From Takakia lepidozioides (lineage: Eukaryota; Plantae; Bryophyta): a DNA stretch of 64,000 bases. This document shows, piece after piece, positions 24,713 to 37,633 of this stretch. Made by a program: the position numbers and the translations under genes. Where the stretch lies: NCBI GenBank assembly GCA_030704615.1, contig CM060731.1:17112001-17176000 (forward strand), read 5' to 3'. A model generated the notes under the pieces. It was not told where the DNA came from. It worked only from the letters and a program-made list of their open reading frames with translations, and did no database searches. Within the stretch, counting starts at the first letter, position 1. Every line of letters starts with the position of its first letter.

Positions 24713-25779
24713 CCAGGGAAAAGTTGGATAGTGGCTTGTCATCCATTGAAAGCATGTAGTCTCATTAGAGTTCTTGTTGAGGTCTCCTTCCTTGCCTTGC
24801 CTGTACTCACCTGTGTATTGAAGCACATTTCAGGTTTTGGACTGACTGTATATCTTTGTGCCACAATTCTTGAGCACATCTGAATGTCCATTGGGTTACA
24901 CAAATCAAGTGAGACCTGGTACGCAAACCAGCATAGTCAGTTGGTGGTTAATTAGCTGAGATTTTTGTTGAGATTGTGAAGCTTCTGTTATCTTACCCTG
25001 TTTCTCGGAAAGTTATGCAGTTGTTTATATCGTGTGATGGCTGGCTGCCTGCGTACTGTACAAAATGTCATTTTGATTCTGAGGAACAAGGACGGGAGGT
25101 CTTTCTACCCCCTTATTTACTAGGTTAGCAGTAGCAATTTCTCCAGTTTGAATGGTGGGTAAACTGAGCTGTCTTCCCTTATGCTGGAGTCCAAAACCAC
25201 TATCACTGCCACTACATACTGGGATAAATAGCAACTACAGTAATGACTGGTCAAGATATCACTGGGAAGTCTTGTTTCCTGAGCATTGTATACAGAGGCT
25301 CCTTGTCTGAAGCTGTGCATTCAATCACATGGCAGTTCCTGCATTCCTTTTTAATGTGTCAGTGATGGTCATTATGATAAGATGCTAGCTATTGCCTTGC
25401 AAACCGCCACTGGACGTTTGATCAGAGGGGCAGGGAGATAGTGCTGTTGTGCCCATACCAGCAGAGGTGGATTGAGCGTTAGCTGCTTGTGTCCCTTGCT
25501 CCGCTTTGAGTGTGTCGTTCACAGCTCCAGTTGTATGGGCAATTCCAGAACGCCCTCAGACACGCAAGTTCATACCTGCATCCAACGGATCACGCACCCT
25601 TAGCTACCACCCTTTACTTCCATGCGTGTATTTCATCCATTGGATATCCTCCTCCCTGCATCCAGATTACATCCATGCTTGTCTCTGTTCATCCTTGAAG
25701 TTTTTCGCCACGTGGCCTCAGTGTACTTGACGAGAAGTTACGCTATAGCTGAGTGTACTGTACATACTCCGTTCTTTTA

Positions 25780-26200
25780 GGGTTCATTTAGGGCATGAGT
25801 CCTGCGCGATCAGAGTCTCATCTTCACACCATCTTGCAGGATGCACACACTGCCCTGTCCACTTCGATGTGCTTGTCTTTGTAGCCATGTTACGCACTTT
25901 GAATCCTTTGTTGTTCTTCCAGCGTTCTGCATAGAGGCGCTGTTGTCTCTTCTGTGCCTTCCCAACATTGTCGTGCAGGTTGTGCTCGAGTTGCCAGAAT
26001 GGTTTACACATTTTAGAAGTGGCATAGTATTACTTAGGACTCTAATCTGCAGGTGTTGATTTGTCAGCGCCATTGGTGTGCCCTCATCATGCCCAAAGTG
26101 GCAGGTTTGAGATATGCTTTGTGAATCAGGGTTTTTTTGTTTCTTTGCATGCAGAATACAGTTTGTGAAACCTTTGTAGTGAATGTTATCATTGTTCACA
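25780..26200 (-). mobile_element. Possible Ty3/Gypsy integrase C-terminal remnant
   Basis: NVGKAQKRQQRLYAER...FKVRNM resembles the N-x2-AQ-x-RQK-x2-Y...F-x-VG segment found after Gypsy integrase cores. Heavily degenerate. Confidence 0.35.
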
Positions 26201-27300
26201 GTATAACAGATCCAGCTCCTAAGGTTGTTTAGTGATTTTCCTGGACTGCTTGGTCAGTTGCAGCCATTTCCCATCATCTCTATCATCTTGGGAGTGTTGA
26301 GGTTCTTAATGCCCCTAGCTTGTGACAGGGCGCAGCAGCAGTGAAGATACTTTACATGAAGAGGACAAGCGCAGTGCATCTATTTGGCCATTTGGTCATG
26401 CTTTGAAACCATTCTGTAAAGTCTATTGTTTTGTGATACTTGGAACTCATTTGGCACTTTTTTGCAACCAAATGAACAGCTTGTGTCATTGCCAAGCGGG
26501 CTCTAGCCAAATTAAGTATCTTGCTTGACTAGGTGGCAACAATCAAGTGCAACAGCTGAGAAGGGACAGTCTAGGGTTCATTGCACCGCATATGTCTCCA
26601 CATTCACATTCCCTTGTTCTTTAATTGAGGCCTTCAAATTGATGAATGCAGTTTAGTTGGGAGCAGATTGTTGTAAAAGGTTTGCATGAACTTGAGAAAG
26701 AGCAGGTCAAACAATTTTTGCAAGTTACTGCTACTGATCATCCAGACATTCTTGAACTGGGCGTCACCTTCACGGAACTGAGGAGGATTTTACACTAGAT
26801 GCTTTGTCACCTAGCCAGTATTACATGAAGGGTGAAGGGTTTAGTTATGAAGATAAAGGAGATATTATAGCAGTTATATTGAATAGGTAAGCTTGGACCA
26901 GAACAAGGAAACTGTAGAGCCTAATGGAAGTGTGCCTATGCAGACAACAGGGGTTACCTCCACTACAGAAAGTGCAAATGCACATTTAAACTCACATCTC
27001 CTTCCTACATTCACTGTCTGATGCGGTAGGGTTACTGCGGAGAGCTCTTAAGACAAACAGCAGATTTGGTCAAGCAAGGCACCTGGGGGCAGGATGAAAA
27101 TCTCCTTATATAAAAATTGTGCAGCATTTATTTAATGCTTTTTCTCTTCAAATGTGACTTCTCTATCCTCTGCATGTGCAGAAAATTATCTCAGAGGATG
27201 TATTCACAATTCCAGGTCAAAAAGCGCAACGCAGAATGTAGTTTTTGAAATATCAACCAGGCTACCCTGGAGGGTAGAAGCAGGGCCGTGCGATGTCCTC

Positions 27301-29855
27301 TCAAGGCTTCAGCGCCAAGGACATACCGATCTTGGCCGTTTTGTCTAGTGCCTTGGTGTCCACCTCCCCAGAAAAGGTGACTAGTGATTTAGGCCTCCAT
27401 TCATGCTGCAGAAGAGCTGCCAACTTTCCGTGATTGTTCAACCGTGCCTTCACCATGGTTAAAACATCCAACTCATATAAACCACCCACAGTGAAGGTAT
27501 TCTCATTCTTTGAGAACTTGTGTGCGATCTCGGCAGCAACTGTTGTCCGCGACACCGGACTCACTGTGTGTAAGTAGGAGGCCTTCAGCAAGTCCCCCTT
27601 TTCACCTCTACAAAGCCAGCCACACCCTCTCTCTGAATCAGTGTTCACATTCCCATTCTTCACAGAAGGGAAGAGTACAATGTCATAATCTTCTATTTCA
27701 GCTTGGTCAAAGGAGCATTTGCCCAAAATATAACTTCAGTAGAAAAACCACCAGAAGGAAGGCATATGAGATGTACAAGATAAGAGACGCGTTGAAATCT
27801 GGCTTCACAAAGCCAACACCTGCATTGTATTTTGTGAGGTGTCCTGATGCTGTGTCAAACGCCAGTTCCCCACCCACAGCAAAGCCCTCACTTCCAATAG
27901 CTCCAGTAACCTCAACAACAGGTGCTGGCGTCAACCCAATGCTGCCTGTGATGCCCGCGTAATCTTGACGGTATTGAAGCTCAAGCTGCATGGGGCGGAC
28001 AAAATCACATGAAACACATGACTGATTGGACTGAATTATAGGTCCCACCTACTGAAAGCACAATTAAAAGTTGCATCTGCCCTCACAAAAATCACATATT
28101 AATGTGAGAATGTAGTGAACTCTGCACTTACATTTGAGAGGTAACCAAAAGCAGAAAATGAGATAACTGCATCCAAGGTAAATGTAGCTTTCGATGACGG
28201 AGACATGGAGACCAGGACAACAGATTTACACCATTTATCTACAGAAAACCTTGCAAACAATATACAGACTACTGAGACTAAAATACACAAAAAGATCTTC
28301 TAAAGCTTCAAATTATAAGTGGGAGGTAAGAGAGTGAGATACCTTGCCAGATTTGTGGTCTGGTATCGTGAAGCTGAAAACACTTTTAGCCCCTGGTGCA
28401 AACTCATCAACTGTAACAGTTGCAAATATCTGGTGACCAAGTATATGTTAGTGTTTTTTGTCTCTCATAGCAGTATGTGTTTGGTAAAACTACACCTCCT
28501 ACTGAGGGATCCAGTCCTCCTCATTAAGGTAGGAATCATGCAGAGCTGTCAAGTGCAACCCCTAAACCTCACAAATCAGCAATGCGGAAAAATTGAGACA
28601 ACAATTTTGGAGCCAACCAACTTCTTCAGACACATTACACCAGAATCTTAAATACTTGTATCAAGCCAATGCAAATCTCCGAACTTGGAACAATACCACT
28701 TCAACAAAACCAAAATAACAACATACATTTGACTTCGTGTCAACTTTCACATCGGCTGTGATGTTCTTGTTTCTGAAAGACGTGTTCACATCACCGGCAA
28801 ATCCCTCCCCCTTCTTCAGTCCTGTGGAGGTGAAAGCCTACACAGAACAACCAGGCAAGCATAGCAATGGTCAGCTTTTCCACAACTTTCCAAGCCATTT
28901 CCACAAGCTCTACAAAGATTACTCAGTGCTGCCAGGCACATGTACAGGTAGGAACATACTTAGCAGACTACTTGCAGATGTGATGGTCGCATGACCTTCC
29001 ACATCTATCCATGGCCTTTGTCTATTGTAATGTCTTGTGAGTATAAACAAATTGCCAGCTAGTCTCTAGCCAATATCTCCTCTCTGTCTCTCGACAGCAT
29101 ATTGCCTTACCAATCCAGATTGGGTACTTGTGGTGATTGTGAACTTTTGGTCGTAGGAGAAGTCCTTTGTGAGAAGATCTGCCATGCGCAAAGAGCCCCA
29201 GAATAAAATCAGTGAACTAGGGACAAGGCAGCACTCAGACACTGCACTAAGTTCAGACTGGCAAACAGAGAAACTACTACATAGTTTTTGGAGTGTAAGA
29301 CAAGGATGCAGACTGACTGTGGTTCACAGGTCCAATGCTGGTTCACAAATTAAGAAAAATGGTAAACTTCCAACCAACGTATGTCAACAAATAAAACTTT
29401 AAGCTTGTTGGCACTCTGCTGCATCTTGATTTCCAATTCTTTGTTGTCCAACCAAACGCCACTGACTTCCATGTATTAGTTCACGAACTTAAGAGGTTTA
29501 GCTCCTCAGAGAAGAACGTGAGTAGATAGATAATTTCTTCAGGAAATGAAGAATGAACACGCCGAATTAGGAAATACGGGTCTAATGTAGGAAACGCAAG
29601 ATTAGGATGTAAGAACTGTTTCCTCAAAACTTCACTGAGATTAGCCTTCCTCTGTGAAATCATCTCTGTTTCGTCAAACTCTTGGGATTGATGTTTTCCC
29701 TTCTCTTCTAAGAGGAGCTCAAAGGTCAAGCTGTTTGCAGAAGCATGTGCATCAACAACATTGCCAAGACACGAAAAATAGGAAGAGAAAGTAAGACGGA
29801 TCAAACCTTTGGTCTTCTTGCCAATCTCAGTGTAAAAACCTGGTCCCTTGCCCAT
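27301..29855 (-). CDS. VDAC: Mitochondrial outer-membrane porin (voltage-dependent anion channel), 6 coding exons
   Basis: Exons 29855-29807, 29178-29111, 28837-28727, 28429-28343, 27985-27777 and 27607-27301. MGKGPGFYTEIGKKTKDLL N-terminus, VKARLNNHG..AALLQHEWRPKS, and C-terminal KIGMSLALKP. Confidence 0.95.
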
Positions 29856-31853
29856 AACGAACAACTTGTGTACGCCCTCCCAGCCTGCTCAGCAACGGCA
29901 AGCGTGATCTTTGGTGTCCACTGCCAAAGTGAGAAGACAACAACAAATGAGCAGGATGTCATTGTACCTACACACACCAACAACGCTTGAAGCACTACCA
30001 GAGAAGTAGCCATCTTCGCCTGAACTGATTAGTAGAAGCATGAAGAGCACGAACTTCAAGACATATAGTTCCCAATACCACAATAGCAGGCTAATGCAAA
30101 CGACAGCAAGATCGCATCATCGGTCCCTCTAAGTATCATAGGACTGATCAGGCCACACGGACATACAGCCTCGATAATACCGTTGAGAAACAGACTCCAA
30201 CTCCTGCAAGTTGCTCAAGCTCATAGCATAAGGTTCAATTTCTGGAAAGACGCATTTGAGCATCTGCTACGACCACTCTGCTCGCGCAAGTAATCCCAAT
30301 ATCTCACAATGCGTAATGTTGACGACACACTTTCAAACTGGCAACACACACACTGCTGCCAAAGATGGCAGCACAATAGGAAGATCGGCGAGCTCTTGCC
30401 TCCCGAAAAGCAAAGAAACCATACAGTACATAACCCTGGGACAGTGGAGTGTGCAGACGGACTACAACACCATCATCTACCTCGGGCTCAATCATGTAAA
30501 TGGCGTAACAGCTTTCATCTCAGCAAAACCAGCACTTATCCCAACATCTTTATCACACACCAATTCCATCTCGTAAGCTTAAGCTTGCCAACACGCAAAT
30601 CCAGATCAAGAACGCACCTACACCGGGATGAGCACGATCCACTTCTAGGGCACAGTAGAAAGCGCCGAGGCGCGGCGAGGCGAGGAGACGGGCTGCGAGA
30701 CGGAGTTGTGTCGTTTACAAGAGCCGCGCCGCACTACCTTCTGCGGAACCGTCCCCCACTACGCCAGCCCCGGTTCCGTCCTGGAATCTGCAGCCCCCGC
30801 CATCTTCTGCCCGGTTCCCGGGGGACGGACCAGTTCCCGTATTTCCGTTCCTTGGCACCACTACGACTCCGCCACGTGTTCCATCTGAGGTTACATGGCA
30901 TCATGCCACATGGCCCAATCCGCAGGCACATGAGGCCAGCCTCGGTTAGGTTAACTATGGTTGGCTGGTTTGTATTTCAACCAACCCTACATCCATCCCA
31001 TCCATCCCAACAAAGAGAATGTAGGAGGTAAGCAGCCACACATTGAGAGTCTATGACATAAATTTTGGGGAAGGAAAGGAGAATAGACTTCCCACTTCCC
31101 TCCCACAAGCCACTGCAACTGTGTAAAGAGAGAGGAGATGTAGAAGGCCTTGCTGTTCATTGCGAGCTTGCCAGTTCAAATGTGACGCACAGTGAGCCAA
31201 TATGAAATTAAGAGCGAAAAGGAGAAACACCCCCTTGTATACATTCATAAAGATATGCATGCGGTGGTGGCAGGGGCATCCATTCGACAAAAACAAGGGC
31301 TAAGACAAAATGGTCCTCATTCCCATTACTCCATTCGGAACTCCTGGAATGGAACACCTGTAGGTGGTTGCACTGTTTTGCGGTTATCTTGACAAACTTA
31401 TTTGGCTTTTACAGCAAATTAAATTAAGGATAAAATAGAACCATACATTTGACCATGAGAACTTAATGATAGCAGACAATTATTTCTCCTCTCATTTCAA
31501 ACCTGGCAATTTTCATGTACACCTTCCGATGACGCAGCAATACTAATCAGAATCGCCACAGCACCACTGACTAGCAGGTAGCTTATTCATCTGTTGATGA
31601 CTTTATATTTACATTTGGGGTCACTACAGGAGGAGCACTCACTGTGGCTGCATATGTTCGATCAGTCAGCATCCCTGCACATGTATGCACAACCCATGTT
31701 AAATTCCTATGGTTGTGGTGTCATTTGCACTTCCTGTCACCTTGGGTGAAGCTTTGAAATTACTCAAACAACTTTGGGTCAAGTAAATTGATGGCTGACA
31801 GACCGCCTACCATCTCTCTCTCATTATTTTCAGATCAAGTTGGTTGTAGCTCA

Positions 31854-34800
31854 CTAGAGGATATGTGACAGGCCAGAATCAACATCATTTACAAAGGTAG
31901 GTTCCTGGTACTGATGCACCATCACTCCTCCCAATCCTCCTGTACTCAAATCTTCTCCATCTAAAGAAGTGAGCTAGCACGGGAGTCTAAGGTGTACACC
32001 TCTGAACTTAAATACAGTGATCATTGGGAAGGAAACTCACTCACACATGAGTCACATCTGTGTTGAGTGGGTAAAACAATTGCAAACACTAGTTTGATCA
32101 GGGTAAGTGCTACAGCGGTGTAAAACTAAGCTTCTTGCCCTTGGGTATTTAGACCCACCAATTTTAAGTAGGTCACAGGGACGTTGCCCCTCACAGTGTG
32201 TCATAGCCAACCTTTACAGGAAAAGGTACTGCCTACATCCAGCATTTCTACATCAAGTCCAGGGAGTTTATCCCTCTGTACTGCTTATGCGACCAGCCCT
32301 CACCACTCTTCAATATCACATCAGCAATCAACACCGGATAGATGTTGCTCAATCATGTCAATTGGCCACCATTGGGTGTGCATGAGATTTGAGAGTTCCA
32401 GACTCAAATCATCACCCACTAAAAGGTGGTGTTTACAGACTGGGAACTGCAGGAGTGCCATTTCTGTCAAAGATTAATAGTACCTCAGTGATAGATGTCC
32501 CCATCCATACAACACAATGGCTTGATTGAACATACAAGAAAGTCATTTAAAATACCTGTAGGGCGTGGTATCTCTGGTGTGCGCCAAACATCAGTTCTGT
32601 AACCTGAGACCAAAAACTCCAATTGTAAGTTTCACATCACAATATATCATATACAGAAGAGAGATGACGTCATAAGAGTTGTTACTTTGCAGATCAGCTT
32701 TCCAGCCATAGATCCGGCAAGAAACAAGTTTCCCAGTTTGCTGAAGTCATAGTCCTCACTGTCCTCACCGCCCTCGTATCCCATCAGTAAGATTCAAATG
32801 CTGGGTCAATACCATCTCATACGGAGAATTGAGAATGTATTCATACGATTTGATAGTTTGGCATATTAGCTTTCCAGCCATAGAGCCAGTGAAAACAACC
32901 CTACCTGCTCACCATAGTCCTGACTGCCAATCAGCAGGATCAAGTTATCCTCTCACTGGTAAATACACACTCATGTTGCATACACATTCATTCGTGTTCA
33001 TACTGTCTAGTATGAGAAGAGAGTATGTCTTTCTTTAAGATTCAACTCTCGTTGGTAAGTATCAATGCCATGTATGAAAAATATATTCATAAAGTTTAAT
33101 GGCTTCCTAGACCAGTTTTCCAGCCATAGGCCTGGTAAGAAACAAACCCCCCAGTTTGGTGCAAGTCATCCTCACTCCCAGTGATATTCCCAGTAAGATC
33201 CAGTTATCCTCTTACTGGTAAGCGCACAGTGGTGTTACTGTGACATTACTACTAGTACTGAGAAGCGAGAATGTATGTCTGATAGAGTTTTGGCCAGACC
33301 CAGTGCCCGGTTTGGACACAGCAGTAAATTAGGAAAGAAGGAAAAGACTAGAAGGCCAGCTGTATTGTTGTGGATACATTTCCAAATGGAGCATGAATCT
33401 AACTGTTATGTTCTCTAGAAGCTAGTTGTTGCACATATTCAGCTGACACTACAGACCCAAGGAGGAGTGCAGCTACTGATATTATCTGCTTCTTGGGAGA
33501 GGTAAAAGAGGAACAGTGCTGGTCTTCTTTTGATACTTCCAAATAGGGTTTCTCGGCTTGGCAGCCTACTCTTCAATATGCACCTCAGTCAGTTGCCCAG
33601 CCTGGGAAGGCCTTTGGTTAGTTGGTATCACCCAGCTCCCCTTTTCCCTTCTGTAAGGTGGGCACATAAAGCCAAGAACTGACTGCACCACTAGTTGTTG
33701 TACAGTAGACAGGCTCCTATTCTCCAGAGCAGGGAGGGATTGCATGAAGTGTATTTGTTGATATTTGTTGATAAGACTGGCATCAACAGGACTGGGGCTT
33801 TAGGCTCAGCCCTGAGGGGGTGAAAGTTGGTGAACAGAGGCGCAGGGATGTTCTTGATGGTCCTGAAGAGGGTCACTCTCTGATTAGAATACCACGGACA
33901 TTGTATAAGAGAATGGATATTGTCTTCAGGCCGCCCTCACATCTGTCATTGACACTCTCCATTTCCTCTCTGCATCTGTTTGTAGTTCAAAGGTAAACTC
34001 CCTGCCCTGAGCTTAAATTTCAGTCACCCAGGATAAGTAGGCCCTTCAGATTATCCTTGAGGTCCTCATCCAACTGGACACAAGTTCAGGCAATTTTTAT
34101 GCCGAACTTCGTTTTGTTCAGACATTCTTCGTGCTTCCAACAGAAAGAGAGAGAGAAAGACTCACTTTTAGTCATTGTGGGCTCAGGGCTGTGCACCACG
34201 TCCCTCAAGCCAGACAAAGCGGACTTAAGCTCTTGTGTCTGTGTCTCCAATGCTTTTATTATATTGCTCAATTGCTGACCCTCTGCACATACACAAGAGC
34301 AAATGAGTCTAACATATTTCTCAAACTCTGATCAATTATGTACCAACCCCTTGGAGGACATAATGTACCCAGTGTCTTAGCATAATCACTCTTGGATGAA
34401 GGGAACCCTAGCCCACAAGCCCAGGGAAGATAGCCCTAGAAACCTTGTGACTGGTTTCACATGCCTTCAGGAGTAGGGTATGAACAATATTTAGAGTGGC
34501 CGTATTCTCAGGAGTCAGGATGCCATGGATTAGTAAAATTCAATACTCAGGAGATTTCATGTCAGAGCCTTCGTCACAACATCCCAGGTCGTGAATGTGC
34601 CCTGACATACAGTGGACCCCTAGTCTAATGGTGGTCCAAAGACCTAGTGCAACAAAGATCTCTTCAAGCGGGCAAGGGTGGTTCCTCTGACAGCGAGTGG
34701 GAGGAACAGCGATCAATCAAAATGTTTTGTGCAAGTCCAAATCAATGCAGCAAAACATTCAGAGTGTAAAAGAATACCTTTAATCCTGGCTTGCGCTATC

Positions 34801-36997
34801 TCCCTCATCGCCGAAGCAACTTCTGCTGCAGCAGCAGCAGCTGCTGTCGCAGCACCAGCCGCCTCATTATCAGCAATTTCATTAGGTAACCTTGTTTGGT
34901 TCACGAAACCTGGGACGGCAACAGAAGGCTTGGGAGGATACTCAGCCTCGCCTTGGTCTAAGACAATGCTGCGCACCCATGCCTTGAACTGTGGTAGTAG
35001 ATACATCTGCATAGATAATCAGAAGCCCCAACCTTCAGTATTCAACTTCAACACTCTAGTTCATAATCACTGAAGGCCCAGTATGAGATCCAGGCTAGAA
35101 GATTTAAGTGAGAATAACAATCTCACTCTAGAGATGCACCAGAACTAGGGCAGAGGTCTAGGCCTCAACCATATTACACTCAGGAAAAATGTACAGTGCA
35201 CATACTAGAAGAAGCCACGAGAAGAAAACAGGCTGGGTGAAGAGTCAAAGAGACATGGTGCTAGGCAGCTTAAACAACACAACAAAACCTATATGAGAGA
35301 GAGACACAGAGAAAGACAGACCTTGGTGATAACACCAGCGCAGGCACCTGTTGCTGTCAGAACCCCCAATGCCAGCAGCCTTTGCCCCCAGCTGATCCCT
35401 CGTGGTTGCTGTGCTGGTGTGATTGCCTGCCCAACTCCCCTTTTTTGCTGAGCTGGCAGAACTGCTTGAGCACTTGAAGCCAATGCATCCCTTGCCTGCA
35501 TATCTGTCAACGTCCCCTTGATTACCTCCTTTGACAGACAAAACTAGCCTAACAAAATTGTAAAAAGAAAATTTGAACCACTACCCCTAACCCACAGATG
35601 AATGCTGAAAAAATGGTTTTGACACTGGTATGTCTACAAGACAACAAGAGAAGTTGAACTCCTGTCCTGAAGGATTGCAGGACAGGGCAGAGGAAGGGCC
35701 TATCACTGCAGGTAACATGCGCAGAAAAGCAAGGGCTCTGACATACACTTTGCAGGGCAATGCCAAGCTTGAACAAAGAGCCTTCACAAAAGCTTCTCAA
35801 CCACTGGCTGACCAATAAATATATGGCAGCCTAAGTGTCCGGGGTGAGGAATTGCACTCTTCCTCTTCATGCATACCAATAAAACCTGAATTCTCCTCCC
35901 AACCCCCATTTCCTCTTTTTGCTCTTCTTGGTGACAAACCTTACCACTCGATGGAATTGCTGTAGCAGCTGAATCAGAAGATGGTGGATCCTGGCCCACA
36001 TTTCCCATGCACAGCAGACTTCAGTCTCTTCTCTGGTATCTGGTTGAATCTAGTCAGAGCAAAAGTAACCTAGAAGTACAATCCCAACTTCTACACTAAC
36101 GGCAGGTCATCATTAAGAGTATAAGGGAACCTAGCCAGCCCGTGGAGTTTGAGCCAAAGTTCAGTGCTGTGAAACTTGTTAAAGCTGAGCTCTGGTGATT
36201 TATAAGTTCCTAGTTACCTGCACATCAAGAACACTAGACACACGATCTTACAGATCGAGGACTTTCATGTGAGAATTGGGAATTTGCCCACATAAAATAT
36301 TGTGAGGAGATACGTTAGCCTTGGTTCCACCTCTTCGTAATGCCTATGGCTGGTTGTCTGCGCAGAATTTGATAACGAATCGTTGACACTATCAGAAGGG
36401 GCACTAACATACCGGAACGCGATTGAAAGCTTCGTCAATTTCTTCCCTGGAGAGACCTTTCCTCTCCAGAAAAGACCTCCGATGCACAATTGGCGAGGAC
36501 TTCACTTTGGGGTGGGAAAGAAACTTGACCGCATTCTCAACTTGATCCTCCCTGATTGGCTGTGGCTCTAACCGCCACGTATCAGCCTTCCCTTTCTCCG
36601 CATCCTCCAGAGCTACCCCTCCCGCTACCTTCTCCACTGGCTGACCTGCGCTAATGCAGTTGAAAAATCAGTACCTACCAAAGCCAATGCAAAACATTTT
36701 CCCACTCCTCTTCCAGGAACTTCCAGCCGTCTCCTGTTTAACAAAGTAACACGCAAAGCTCGACAGACTTTGAAAACAACATTACCCGTACAACATGTTG
36801 CGAGCCATGCAAACCAGGCTTCACAAATCTACTTGCAATGCAATAGCGAAATTTTTTAGAGGTACACCGGCTTCATGACCGAACGGATCAACTAACCCTC
36901 ACTAAAAATTTCCACCATGCACATTGCTCTAGGTCGTGATGTATACACAGTCACACTAACCTAGGGGAGTAGACGAAGGCGCCTCCTCACCAGCCAT
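31854..36997 (-). CDS. PEX14: Peroxisomal membrane protein PEX14-like
   Basis: Start exon 36997-36961 (MAGEEAPSSTPL). Pex14_N domain IREDQVENAVKFLSHPKV...SFLERKGLSREEIDEAF (about 36645-36412), TM segment LLALGVLTATGACAGVI (about 35530-35322), YLLPQFKAWVR and Ala-rich exon (about 35006-34778), coiled-coil exon (about 34284-34166). The last two exons (about 32603-32556 and 31960-31854) are in phase but less certain. Confidence 0.85.
32690..33290. repeat. Local imperfect tandem triplication in a PEX14 intron
   Basis: CAG(C/T)TTTCCAGCCATAG-like units at about 32695, 32868 and 33112, with shared downstream motifs (AGTTATCCTCT..CTGGTAA, AGTCCTCACT). Confidence 0.6.
33690..34145 (-). mobile_element. 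LINE 3' fragment of the same family, in a PEX14 intron
   Basis: KLRAGSLPLNYKQMQRG...PEDNIHSLIQCP.YSNQRVTLFRTIKNIPAPLFTNF; clearly homologous to 17690-18010. Confidence 0.75.
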
Positions 36998-37633
36998 GTC
37001 ACATACAGCAATCCCTTCTGTGATCTTAATTCACCAAGACACAGACAGACAGACAGACAGACAGAACGCGAGAAGGAGAGAGCGGGAGGGAGCTTCGTTC
37101 TCTGTTCCCCTAACCCTAAACCTTCTCGGTTCATGTCCCCGAGTCCATGTCCTACGCCATCAATTATTGCATTTCGCATGTCCTGACAGCCATGTGCGGG
37201 AATGGCGGACGGAAATGGTGGAACAGATAGGGCACGACGTGTTCCGGTCAGAAACGGTCGTCGTGGTGAGTTTCGTAGGACGATTCCAAGGCAAGTGTGT
37301 CGAGGAGACACAGGCAGGTTGTGTGTGTCAGTACTGGTTGCTCCTCGAATGCCGAGCACAGATCCTGCCTGGACTACTGCCTGGGAGCATCCTTGCACGC
37401 GTTTGCTGGATCCCTCCCTGATGGTGGACGGGGTTGTGCATCTGCCCGTGCTGGCGTCAGAGCATCCGACCAGGTTGATTCGGTGAAGAGTATGTTGTGA
37501 AATCTCGCAAATTGTGGATGCACTGAGACAATGCTGGGAAGTGTGGATGGGCATGCAGCAGGGAAGCGATAAGCGTATGAGTGTTCTTTCCCTCCTGGGA
37601 GGGTGAGGCGGAGGAAGGGATCGTGTGGGCACC

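Noticed and set aside
30309-31031. 240-aa ORF in GC-rich DNA upstream of VDAC
   Set aside because: No domain signature; better explained as the VDAC promoter/5' UTR region read on the opposite strand.
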